Assembly: GCA_036504555.1 (NCBI GenBank)
Contig: DASXUZ010000080.1
Span: 4,003-68,002, forward strand
From: Prolixibacteraceae bacterium
Lineage (GTDB): Bacteria; Bacteroidota; Bacteroidia; Bacteroidales; Prolixibacteraceae
Length of the DNA stretch: 64,000 bases
Direction of reading: 5' to 3'
Shown here: piece by piece, positions 1 through 8,877 of the stretch
How positions within the stretch are numbered: the stretch's first letter is position 1
Layout of the letters: each line of letters opens with the position of its first letter
Made by a program: the position numbers and the translations under genes
Notes under the pieces: generated by a model
What the model was told of the DNA's origin: nothing
The model's database searches: none
The model's input: the letters and a program-made list of their open reading frames with translations, nothing else

Positions 1-1
1 C

Positions 2-475
2 AAAAGTATATGGGCAGGGATTGCAGCCATCGGGTTTGCCATCCTGTTCAATGTTCCGCGCCGCACGATCTTTGCCATCTGGGGCATGGGAGCTATCGGC
101 GGATTGATCAAATTCTCGGCCATGCATTTTGACCTGGGGATTGTTTTTGGCTCCTTTTTGGGCGCCACAGTTATAGGAATCATCAGCATTCAAATGGCGC
201 ACTTACGTAAAAGTCCCCCGCTGGTTTTTTCCATTCCATCGGTCATCCCCATGGTTCCGGGGTTCTTTGCCTACAAGATGATGCTGGGGCTCATTGCACT
301 GACCACCATTGAAAACACCGATGCCTACCTTCAGACACTGATTGAAACGGTCAACAACGGGGCAAAAATGATGTTTGTGCTCATTTCGCTTGGAACGGGA
401 GTTGCCATTCCAATGCTGCTATCCAGGAAAGAATCGATCAAGAAATCGAAATTCAATAAGAAAGAAGTTGTTTAA
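2..475 (+). CDS. Threonine/serine exporter family (ThrE/YjjB-like) membrane protein, 5'-truncated by the window edge
   Basis: The frame is open from base 2 (KSIWAGIAAIGFAILFNVPRR...). It is hydrophobic and carries the YjjB-like segment PSVIPMVPGFFAY. Confidence 0.8.
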   Translation, partial: KSIWAGIAAIGFAILFNVPRRTIFAIWGMGAIGGLIKFSAMHFDLGIVFGSFLGATVIGIISIQMAHLRKSPPLVFSIPSVIPMVPGFFAYKMMLGLIALTTIENTDAYLQTLIETVNNGAKMMFVLISLGTGVAIPMLLSRKESIKKSKFNKKEVV

Positions 476-502
476 TTCGGTCAATAGCCGAATTATTAAA
501 TC

Positions 503-536
503 AAAAAGAGCTGGTCCATTTGGAACAGCTCTCTTT
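503..536. terminator. Probable bidirectional intrinsic terminator
   Basis: AGAGCTG...CAGCTCT stem flanked by A/T runs, between convergent genes. Confidence 0.6.
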
Positions 537-616
537 ATTTATAACAGGTGTAAGTCTTGCGGGGATGAAATCTCCTATTCAAATTCCTTATCATTGCGAA
601 GGGTCGATTAAGTGAA

Positions 617-973
617 TTATTTTCCACTTCTAAGTTCCTCCAAGGCAACTTGCTTATTTGAATATTTTTCGATTTCCCGATCGGCTGTTTTTGCAGTATA
701 AGAATCGGCAGAATTGAAAAAGACCATTTCATTGGTTGTACCTCCTTCAAATTCACGCTTAAGTTCTATTTCTGACTCCAATGTTTCATTCTGTGACTGT
801 ATTGTTCTGTATATATCTTCAAACATTGCTGACTCACTTGCCACACTTTCCACTTTTCCTGAAACATCATTTGAAGTGACTTCTCTTTTGTTTACAGTGG
901 TTGCATTGATATTCGCAAGTCCAACTACTCCCAATGCCACCATTCCAATAAATGTTCTAATTTTCGTATTCAT
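617..973 (-). CDS. Small exported acidic hypothetical protein (118 aa)
   Basis: Signal-peptide-like N-terminus (MNTKIRTFIGMVALGVVGLANINA), E/S/T-rich mature part, and it fills the gap between a terminator and ispE. Confidence 0.7.
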   Translation of the reverse strand: MNTKIRTFIGMVALGVVGLANINATTVNKREVTSNDVSGKVESVASESAMFEDIYRTIQSQNETLESEIELKREFEGGTTNEMVFFNSADSYTAKTADREIEKYSNKQVALEELRSGK

Positions 974-1120
974 AATTCGTCTTTTAAATGTTTTTCCGGG
1001 TCCATCCCGGTACTTTCCTTTTTATTTTGTTTTCACTATTAAGACAGGTGAAAAGGCAAAAAGGTACAGGATAAACAGTTAAATAAAAGACAAACCTTTC
1101 TTAATTAAATATTAAAGGAT

Positions 1121-1933
1121 TTATAATTTTTGGCTGAATGTTAAGAATGATGAGGGAAACAGCTCCTTCCACCCCAATGGAAGTTCCTGAAAAAGTCCAA
1201 AGACACAGGAGCCGCTTCCCGACATGGAGGCATAAGCGGCACCCAAATCGTACAGGCGCTCCTTTAAGGCCCCGATCTCCGGATACTGCTGAAAGACAGA
1301 TGATTCAAATTGATTGATCACTTGATCCTTCCATTCCTGAACAGGAAGTTGGATCAAGGTTTTTAATGAGTTGGCTGGTTTGGCAGGAACCACCCATTGA
1401 AAGGCTTTGGCAGTAGAAACTTCAATTGGTGGCTTAACCAGCAATATGAACCAACCGTTAAGAACAAGTCGTACAGGCTCCATCATTTCGCCTCTCCCCG
1501 AGGCAAAAACAGGATAATTGCGAATAAAAAACGCACAATCGCTTCCCAGGATGGCCGCATATCGTTCCAATTGTTCGCCAGAAAGGGTCAATCCGAAGTG
1601 CTTATTCAACATCAAAAGCATAAAAGCACCGTCAGCGGATCCACCACCCAAACCAGCTCCAAAGGGTATTTGCTTGTGCAAATGAATTTTTAAGGGTGGC
1701 AAACTGAAGTCTTTCTGTAGCAAGCGGTAGGCTTTCATCACCAGATTCGACTCCGCCTCACCCGAAATCTGGATCCCACTGGATGAAAAATGAACTTCAT
1801 CTCCAACAACAAATTCAAGTGCATCGCACCAAGCCACGGGAAAGAAAATGGTTTCAAGATTATGAAATCCATCAGCTCGCTTTGACGTGATATTTAATCC
1901 AATATTTATTTTGGCATTGGGAAATACGATCAT
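1121..1933 (-). CDS. ispE: 4-diphosphocytidyl-2-C-methyl-D-erythritol kinase
   Basis: PNAKINIGL, GFHNLETIF, GHMP motif IPFGAGLGGGSAD, and MSGSGS. Start moved to MIVFPNAK (ATG at 1933). Confidence 0.97.
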   Translation of the reverse strand: MIVFPNAKINIGLNITSKRADGFHNLETIFFPVAWCDALEFVVGDEVHFSSSGIQISGEAESNLVMKAYRLLQKDFSLPPLKIHLHKQIPFGAGLGGGSADGAFMLLMLNKHFGLTLSGEQLERYAAILGSDCAFFIRNYPVFASGRGEMMEPVRLVLNGWFILLVKPPIEVSTAKAFQWVVPAKPANSLKTLIQLPVQEWKDQVINQFESSVFQQYPEIGALKERLYDLGAAYASMSGSGSCVFGLFQELPLGWKELFPSSFLTFSQKL

Positions 1934-2216
1934 AGAACAAAAGTAAAAAATTACAAGAATCTTCAGACTGTTTAACCTATAAACCATTCAATGTTATTTA
2001 TTTCTGACATTTTCATTCAATGATGTACAACAAGTTAGAATTCTGGATATTTTCGCTCAGTTTTTCCTTTTTTTGAGGAGATATGATGAAGAATCGAATC
2101 GCTTTTTTTACCAACAATGCATCAGAGGCCAAACCCAGGAGGCAAAAACCCAAATCGCATTGTGATTCAAACAAAGCGTTACAAACTAAATATTTAACCA
2201 ATATTATTAATTACGG

Positions 2217-4520
2217 ATGGAAAATTCAAAACGGAACGATGCATTACGAACCGATGCATTAAATTATCACAAGGAAGGCAGACCGGGCAAGATACAGGTG
2301 GTACCGACTAAACCTTACAGTACGCAACGCGATTTATCATTGGCTTATTCACCGGGCGTGGCCATCCCTTGCCTCGAAATAGAAAAAGATCAGCAACTTG
2401 CTTACGATTACACAGCCAAAGGAAACCTCGTGGCGGTCATTTCAAACGGCACGGCCGTGCTTGGATTAGGCGACATAGGAGCCCTGGCCGGAAAGCCAGT
2501 GATGGAGGGCAAAGGTTTGCTGTTCAAAATATTTGCCGACATCGATGTATTCGATATTGAAGTAGATGAGAAAGATCCTGCAAAGTTCATTGAAGTTGTA
2601 AAAGCCATTTCTTGCACTTTTGGAGGTATTAACCTTGAAGATATTAAAGCCCCTGAATGTTTTGAAATTGAAGAAAAACTCAAGGAAGCCCTGGACATTC
2701 CAATCATGCATGACGATCAGCATGGAACTGCCATCATTTCCGGGGCAGGATTGCTCAATGCCCTTGAAATTGTTGGAAAGAAAATCGAAGATGTCAGAAT
2801 TGTTGTCAATGGCGCAGGCGCTTCTGCATCTGCCTGTTCATTGTTATACATCCGTCTGGGAGCCGATCCTAAAAAGCTGGTCATGGTGGATAGTAAAGGT
2901 GTCATTTCTGTACGCCGTACCGATCTGAACAGCCGCAAGAAACCATTTGCTACCGAGCTTCCCTGCAATACGCTTGCCGAAGCAGTTGCAGGTGCTGATG
3001 TATTCCTGGGACTTTCAGTGGCTGATATTCTTACTCAAGATATGGTTCGCAGCATGGCAGAGAACCCCATTGTGTTTGCCCTGGCCAACCCAAATCCTGA
3101 AATTTCGTATACCCTTGCCATTGAATCACGTCCTGATTTGATTTTTGCCACTGGCCGAAGCGATCATCCCAACCAGGTAAACAATGTACTTGGATTTCCT
3201 TATATTTTCCGGGGCGCGCTCGATGTGCGGTCAACGGGTATTAACGAAGAGATGAAAGTGGCCGCGGTGCGTGCCATCGCTGAGCTGGCCAAGAAGCCTG
3301 TTCCCGAAGTGGTAACTGCAGCTTACAACACCACTCACCTCAGTTTCGGACGCCAATATATCATTCCAAAACCATTGGATCCCCGCTTACTCGTGACTGT
3401 TGCCCCTGCCGTTGCAAAGGCGGCCATGGAAAGCGGTATCGCCCGCAAACCAATCCTGGATTGGAATAAATATGCCGAAGAATTGCGCCAGCGAATGGGA
3501 CTTGACAACAAGCTAATCCGTGGACTGACTGAAAAAGCAAAAGAAAATCCAAAACGGGTGGTTTTTGCTGAAGCCAACCACATTAACATGCTGAAAGCCG
3601 CACAGGTCGCCCGTGCTGAAGGTATTTGCATCCCTATTCTTTTGGGAAATGAGGAAATTCTTGAGAAACGTTTCCGCAAGCATAGCATCGAACTTGATGG
3701 GGTTGAAATCGTTAATCTTCGCCACGATCGCGAAGAACCCAACCGCAAACGATATGCAAAGATGCTGACCGCCAAACGTCAACGCGAAGGCATGACCTAC
3801 AATGAGGCATACGAAAAGATGTTCGACCGCAACTATTTTGGAATGATGATGGTCGAAGCAGGCGATGCTGATGCCTTTATCACCGGCGTATATACCAAAT
3901 TTCAGGATGCCATTATCCCGGCCATCGAAATTGTTGGCATGCGCGATGGCTTGAGTCATATTGGAGGAATGAACATTGTTACCACCAAGCTCGGAACCTT
4001 CTTCTTTGCTGATACCATGGTTAACAACCACCCTTCGAAAGAAACCTTGATTGATATTGCCAAGCTGACCCATGACGCCGTCAAACTTTTCAATACAAAG
4101 CCAGTGATGGCCATGCTTTCTTATTCCAATTTTGGGGAACGAAATGTAGGTAGTCCAGCCATGGTTCATGATGCTGTTGATTATCTTCACAAGAACAATC
4201 CGGGAATGATGATTGATGGAGAAATGCAGATGAACTTTGCACTCGACCGTGAATTGCGTCACGAGAAATTCCCATTCTCCAAGATTGACGGAATGAATGT
4301 AAATACACTCATTTTCCCCAACCTAAGCTCATCGAGTATTGCCCATAAGCTGATGTTGGAAATGGGAATGTGTGAAACCATCGGACCAATCCAAATGGGC
4401 CTGACCAAACCAATCCATATCCTGAATGTGGAAAGTTCGGTTCGTGATATCTTGAATATGGTCACAATCGCTGTCATCGATGCCCAGGTAGAGGAACAGA
4501 AACTGAAAAACATTCAGTAA
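2217..4520 (+). CDS. maeB: NADP-dependent malic enzyme with C-terminal phosphotransacetylase-like domain
   Basis: LSLAYSPGVA, NGTAVLGLG, GKPVMEGK, INLEDI, HDDQHGTA, then a PTA-like domain (KRVVFAE...DGEMQ); 767 aa. Confidence 0.96.
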   Translation: MENSKRNDALRTDALNYHKEGRPGKIQVVPTKPYSTQRDLSLAYSPGVAIPCLEIEKDQQLAYDYTAKGNLVAVISNGTAVLGLGDIGALAGKPVMEGKGLLFKIFADIDVFDIEVDEKDPAKFIEVVKAISCTFGGINLEDIKAPECFEIEEKLKEALDIPIMHDDQHGTAIISGAGLLNALEIVGKKIEDVRIVVNGAGASASACSLLYIRLGADPKKLVMVDSKGVISVRRTDLNSRKKPFATELPCNTLAEAVAGADVFLGLSVADILTQDMVRSMAENPIVFALANPNPEISYTLAIESRPDLIFATGRSDHPNQVNNVLGFPYIFRGALDVRSTGINEEMKVAAVRAIAELAKKPVPEVVTAAYNTTHLSFGRQYIIPKPLDPRLLVTVAPAVAKAAMESGIARKPILDWNKYAEELRQRMGLDNKLIRGLTEKAKENPKRVVFAEANHINMLKAAQVARAEGICIPILLGNEEILEKRFRKHSIELDGVEIVNLRHDREEPNRKRYAKMLTAKRQREGMTYNEAYEKMFDRNYFGMMMVEAGDADAFITGVYTKFQDAIIPAIEIVGMRDGLSHIGGMNIVTTKLGTFFFADTMVNNHPSKETLIDIAKLTHDAVKLFNTKPVMAMLSYSNFGERNVGSPAMVHDAVDYLHKNNPGMMIDGEMQMNFALDRELRHEKFPFSKIDGMNVNTLIFPNLSSSSIAHKLMLEMGMCETIGPIQMGLTKPIHILNVESSVRDILNMVTIAVIDAQVEEQKLKNIQ

Positions 4521-4566
4521 ATATTGTTTGTTTAACTCACAAAAGCATTAATTATCAAATAATTAG

Positions 4567-4596
4567 AAGCCTCCTTGGTTCATCCCAAGGAGGCTT
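4567..4596 (+). terminator. Intrinsic terminator downstream of maeB
   Basis: Perfect 12-bp stem AAGCCTCCTTGG / CCAAGGAGGCTT with a 6-nt loop, followed by a T-rich run. Confidence 0.85.
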
Positions 4597-4625
4597 ATTT
4601 ATTTTTGCCAATACTACCAGCACCC

Positions 4626-4747
4626 TATGCCAGGGCTATTGCATCTGTAATCTATCTGTAATCTATCTGTAATGTATCTGTATTCTATAATACAGATACA
4701 TTACAGATAGATTACAGATAGATTACAGATGCAATAGCCCTGGCATA
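4626..4747. repeat. Perfect 122-bp palindrome (59-bp arms, 4-nt loop CTAT) built from 11-bp units ATCTGTAATCT
   Basis: Arm 4626-4684 is the exact reverse complement of 4689-4747. Each arm holds about 4 tandem 11-mers. Confidence 0.97.
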
Positions 4748-4830
4748 AGGCCTTGGTAAAAAAATGCTGTGGCAATTTGACATCCATGGTCATCTTAAAA
4801 TCTAGAATAAAATCAGGGTATTTATTTTTC

Positions 4831-7353
4831 TTACAATTTAATTTCAAACTTAGCCCGCAGACCAAAGCTTGGCGCTCCCAATACAGATTCTGGGGTAACT
4901 CGCCAAATAGCTTCTACCCTGAAAAGACGGAAGATGTTCTCGACACCGGCTCCCAATTCAATATATGGATTGGTCATTTGGCTTACCCCGATTGGAAATT
5001 CAACAATTTGCTGGTGCTTATCGCTCAGCGAACCAATCATTGCCTTGGCTGAAAACACTTCTCGTAACCCGGTTTTTTTCAACAAGGGCAGACGATTGAA
5101 TACAAACCCGTTCAGATGATATTCAAGGTAAGCATGCAAATATTTATCGTGGACATATTCCAGAAAGTTCAACATGTTGAAGTCGTATGAATATAGGCCA
5201 AATGTCTCGTTTCCGCGAGGAATGTCAAGCATGGTGTATGGAAGCTTTCCAAAGTAGATTCCCCCTTCAAGGGCGTAATTTAAGCCCGTCTGGCCAAGCA
5301 TGACGTTTTGGGCAATGGTACTGAAAACATGTCCATAATAATTGTCCCTGCCCGAATAGAAAACCTTACCCCCACCCAGTGATAGGTGGATAATGGGATA
5401 ATTGGTGGCCATATAGACGCGCAGAAATTTGTCATCGATTACCTTTTCCTTCCACGAAAATCGGTTGTCGATACTTACATCAAAAGCCGAGACTTGATTT
5501 ACCGAACTTCCAGCCCGAAGAAACGGATAGAATTCAGGGGAATAATGCCGGGTGTAATTGGCACTCAGCTTATTCAGAAAGCCGGGATGCCATTCATATT
5601 CATACGAGGCAGCCGTCTTTTGTTCCCTGAATAGTTCGTCGAGTTCATCACGTTTGAAAATCTGGGAGATGATGTTGTTCTCTGTTGGAGAAAGTGCATT
5701 CTCATAGAGAAACAGAATTTTTTCATTTTCGCCCGAACGGATGATTTTATCGTCGTAGGAAATTTTTGCTACTTGTCGGTGAATGGTTGGAAACTTGTAT
5801 CCAAAACCAGCCATACCGTTCACCTTTTTATTGAGGAACCCATAACCAAGTCCTCCCCAAAGCATATAACGGGTACTGATTTCGCTACTGGTTCGGACTC
5901 CTGCAAACAAGTGGATTCCTTCGACCTTGTTGGAGGAAATGGTATTGGGATAGGGCCCGAATTCCAATTTACCCAGGTCGTAATAGCCAGTCATGACCAT
6001 ACGGACCAGGTTATCTACAAATTTGACTGTTCCGATCCGGCTCACCGAATCAATGGTAGCGCTTATTTCGTGTTCGCGCTGGTTGAGCTCTTCAAGCCGG
6101 TGCGATTGCCAGTAGGTATTGTCACGTTCGGTGGCATCGGGAAGCTTGATCGTTTCGTATTTTCCCGTGGCAGTTGAAAGTTTAACATTTGAGGCTTGAT
6201 TGACTGTCACACTATCAATGACCGAGGACTGGGTAAAAAACAGGCTGACAGGCTTCTTTGATGGATTATTTTTTAAAGGAACATAGTTGAAAACGGCATC
6301 AATCTGATTTCTTCTGAAAAATGGAATCGAATCGTTGACCAATTGGTAGTTGCTTTTTAAGCGCATACTTTTCAGGAAATTCAGGTAGCTGGTGTTGGCC
6401 AGGGTGCCGTCAATTTCAAGAAGCGAATAATTCTTATTTTCGGTAATCATATATCCTTTAAATACCCTGTCGCCAGCCCGCCGGGGAATAAAATGAATTT
6501 TATACTCTTTCCGACCGGCCTGAACTGTACTATCCACTAAAAAATACTTGTAATAAAACCATCCGTTGTCAGCCAATGGACTCACGAAATTTTGGGAGAA
6601 CAAGTTGATGAAATTGTCATAAAAATTCAACTCTATATCCAGGGCACTGGTATAACCTGAAATTTCATAGTCGTCAAGAACGCCTACACCGGAAGTTTTA
6701 TCAGCCAACACGGTAGATTTTTGTTTGCTGGGATTTTTTTGAAATTCATTAAAAACAAGCTGTTCCGAAAAATAGATCGGTAGATACCTTGAACTATCGA
6801 GGTCTGTTTTAAATACAGACTGGTTGCTTCTGAAAGCTCTTGAATTAATCATTTTATCACCCACATTGCGAAGATGATACTCCCATTTGGTGTATTTCCG
6901 ATACGAATAACGGGGGTATTTGGAGGGGTTATTTTGTTTTTTGTGATCGGTCATTTCTTTCAAAAGTCGTCTCACAGGGCCCTCATCAGGCTTTATTTTT
7001 ACTTCTGAAATCATGATCAATTCCGGCATCATCGTTACTGTCAGCACGTTCGATGTGAACGGCTTTATTGCAATGGTTTTAGGGATATAACCAACTGCAG
7101 AGAAATTAACTGAATCAACCTTTGCCTTGCTAGTGAGTTGAAAGTGTCCCAGGGTATCGGTTGAAACGCCAATTTGGGTATTTTTGAATACCACACTAAT
7201 GTATGGCACGGGCTGTCCTGTTTTTTGATCGGTCACCTTCCCGCTGACAATGGTAGGCTGCGAAAGAGCTGTTCCAAAGGCAAATAGCAACAATATTAAC
7301 AATGGAATTTCGCGGCTAACGAAAGTCTCCACTGAGAGATATTTTCTGTACAT
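4831..7353 (-). CDS. Carboxypeptidase-regulatory-like domain + DUF5686-type outer-membrane protein
   Basis: Signal peptide, TIVSGKVTDQKTGQPVPYISV...GVSTDTLGHF N-domain, and a beta-barrel-like C-terminus (YIELGAGVENIFRLFRVEAIWR...FEIKL). Confidence 0.85.
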   Translation of the reverse strand: MYRKYLSVETFVSREIPLLILLLFAFGTALSQPTIVSGKVTDQKTGQPVPYISVVFKNTQIGVSTDTLGHFQLTSKAKVDSVNFSAVGYIPKTIAIKPFTSNVLTVTMMPELIMISEVKIKPDEGPVRRLLKEMTDHKKQNNPSKYPRYSYRKYTKWEYHLRNVGDKMINSRAFRSNQSVFKTDLDSSRYLPIYFSEQLVFNEFQKNPSKQKSTVLADKTSGVGVLDDYEISGYTSALDIELNFYDNFINLFSQNFVSPLADNGWFYYKYFLVDSTVQAGRKEYKIHFIPRRAGDRVFKGYMITENKNYSLLEIDGTLANTSYLNFLKSMRLKSNYQLVNDSIPFFRRNQIDAVFNYVPLKNNPSKKPVSLFFTQSSVIDSVTVNQASNVKLSTATGKYETIKLPDATERDNTYWQSHRLEELNQREHEISATIDSVSRIGTVKFVDNLVRMVMTGYYDLGKLEFGPYPNTISSNKVEGIHLFAGVRTSSEISTRYMLWGGLGYGFLNKKVNGMAGFGYKFPTIHRQVAKISYDDKIIRSGENEKILFLYENALSPTENNIISQIFKRDELDELFREQKTAASYEYEWHPGFLNKLSANYTRHYSPEFYPFLRAGSSVNQVSAFDVSIDNRFSWKEKVIDDKFLRVYMATNYPIIHLSLGGGKVFYSGRDNYYGHVFSTIAQNVMLGQTGLNYALEGGIYFGKLPYTMLDIPRGNETFGLYSYDFNMLNFLEYVHDKYLHAYLEYHLNGFVFNRLPLLKKTGLREVFSAKAMIGSLSDKHQQIVEFPIGVSQMTNPYIELGAGVENIFRLFRVEAIWRVTPESVLGAPSFGLRAKFEIKL

Positions 7354-7509
7354 GTTCTGTTTTCTGTTTCTTCTGAAAATGGGACTGAATAATTAAACTT
7401 TCGAAACTCCTGAAAGTTTAATTATTCGAACCAATGAACAAAATTGTTGAAAAAAAAGAAGCACAGAAATGCAAGTAGGACTTTTTTGCTGAATGTTAAG
7501 TTTTAGTAA

Positions 7510-8805
7510 TTATTTCAGGTAGTCAACCATGAAGGCATTTTTAGGACCTGCAACATTTTTATCCCAGTCAGGTCGATCCACTGCATTGGGCCAAGAATGT
7601 TCACGGTAAGTCACTGGATAAATGATTACTTTCCCTTTTGCCTGATTGATTGCTGCATATATGGAAGTCGAGGGACAAGTTTGGTCGATCAAGCCGATTT
7701 CAACAACAATGGTAGCTTTTGAATTGCGCAGCAGATGAGCCGTATCAAAATAAGGAAGTGTTTTTTTCATTTTTTCTTTGTTGGCAGGTCTCTCAAAAGG
7801 TTGCGGCCATCCACCCTTGCGCCCCACCAGTGTACCACCCCAGTCACACATGGCCGGAACAGTAGCCACCACGGCACTTACCCTGGGATCGAGGCCTGCT
7901 GCTGCCAAAGCCTGTCCCCCACCCTGGCTTTCCCCGATCACGATAATGCGTTTACCATCCCATTCAGGCAGTGTAGTGATAAAATCAAGGGTTCTGATCA
8001 ATCGAAGGTACATGCCCCTGAAATAAAAATCATCCCTGTTTTCAAGGCCCTGAACGTAGTAATCTTTCAATTCACCCGCTTCAAGGTTGTTGTAATATTC
8101 GTCAGGTTGACCGTTGAGCATCCCATGCGCATTGAGGTCGAAGCACAAGGTCCCTTTCCCCATTTTGGCATACCGCAGTGCCTCCTCAGCCCTGGATTTA
8201 CACCAAGAACCTTTGACTCCGGCGGCATGCACCAGCAATACAATGGGAAGTGAGTGAGGGGCTGCTTTCACAGGTTTTGCAAAATATCCCCGGGCGGGTT
8301 TTGGACCCGTGCAGTTGATTTCAGTGTCAAAACAAACCAAGGCCATTTCCTTGCTTTCATTCTTACCGAATTTAACTTCCAGCGGAATGGCCCTTAGGTT
8401 TTTCTTTTCCGTGTCCCAGTAAGCATTGAATCCCTTGGGAGGTTTGGTACCAGGCTTTATTTTTTGTGCATCCACGATCATTCCAATGGCTTTCTTTTCT
8501 TCTTTGAGGCGGGCTTCAACAATAAAAGAACAGGGTTTTGAGGAAGAACCTTCGTAAATAAGAATTGAATCTGCCTGTACCAGAAAAGCTTTTTTTGAAA
8601 CGACCTGATTATTGTTCATGCGCACCACCACCTTCAATGAATCAATGGAAGGATTGGGAACAAATGCAAATACACGGATCTTTTCACCCTTGCTGTAAAT
8701 TCCTGAATCGTGTGATTGCTTAAGCTTTATTGTTTCATTTTGCGCTGTAGAGACATATCCTGACAGCAGGATAAAAAACAAGATCAGTAAATTTAATTTT
8801 TTCAT
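7510..8805 (-). CDS. Secreted acetyl xylan esterase / cephalosporin-C deacetylase family (CE7-like)
   Basis: Nucleophile elbow GESQGGG, LVHAAG, YFDTAH, GLIDQTCP...H. Signal peptide from MKKLNLL (8805). Confidence 0.85.
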   Translation of the reverse strand: MKKLNLLILFFILLSGYVSTAQNETIKLKQSHDSGIYSKGEKIRVFAFVPNPSIDSLKVVVRMNNNQVVSKKAFLVQADSILIYEGSSSKPCSFIVEARLKEEKKAIGMIVDAQKIKPGTKPPKGFNAYWDTEKKNLRAIPLEVKFGKNESKEMALVCFDTEINCTGPKPARGYFAKPVKAAPHSLPIVLLVHAAGVKGSWCKSRAEEALRYAKMGKGTLCFDLNAHGMLNGQPDEYYNNLEAGELKDYYVQGLENRDDFYFRGMYLRLIRTLDFITTLPEWDGKRIIVIGESQGGGQALAAAGLDPRVSAVVATVPAMCDWGGTLVGRKGGWPQPFERPANKEKMKKTLPYFDTAHLLRNSKATIVVEIGLIDQTCPSTSIYAAINQAKGKVIIYPVTYREHSWPNAVDRPDWDKNVAGPKNAFMVDYLK

Positions 8806-8877
8806 TTGGTTTAGGTTTAAACGATTATCTTTCAATTAAACTGAATATTTGAATCAGGTGGTAACAATTCCTGCCTC

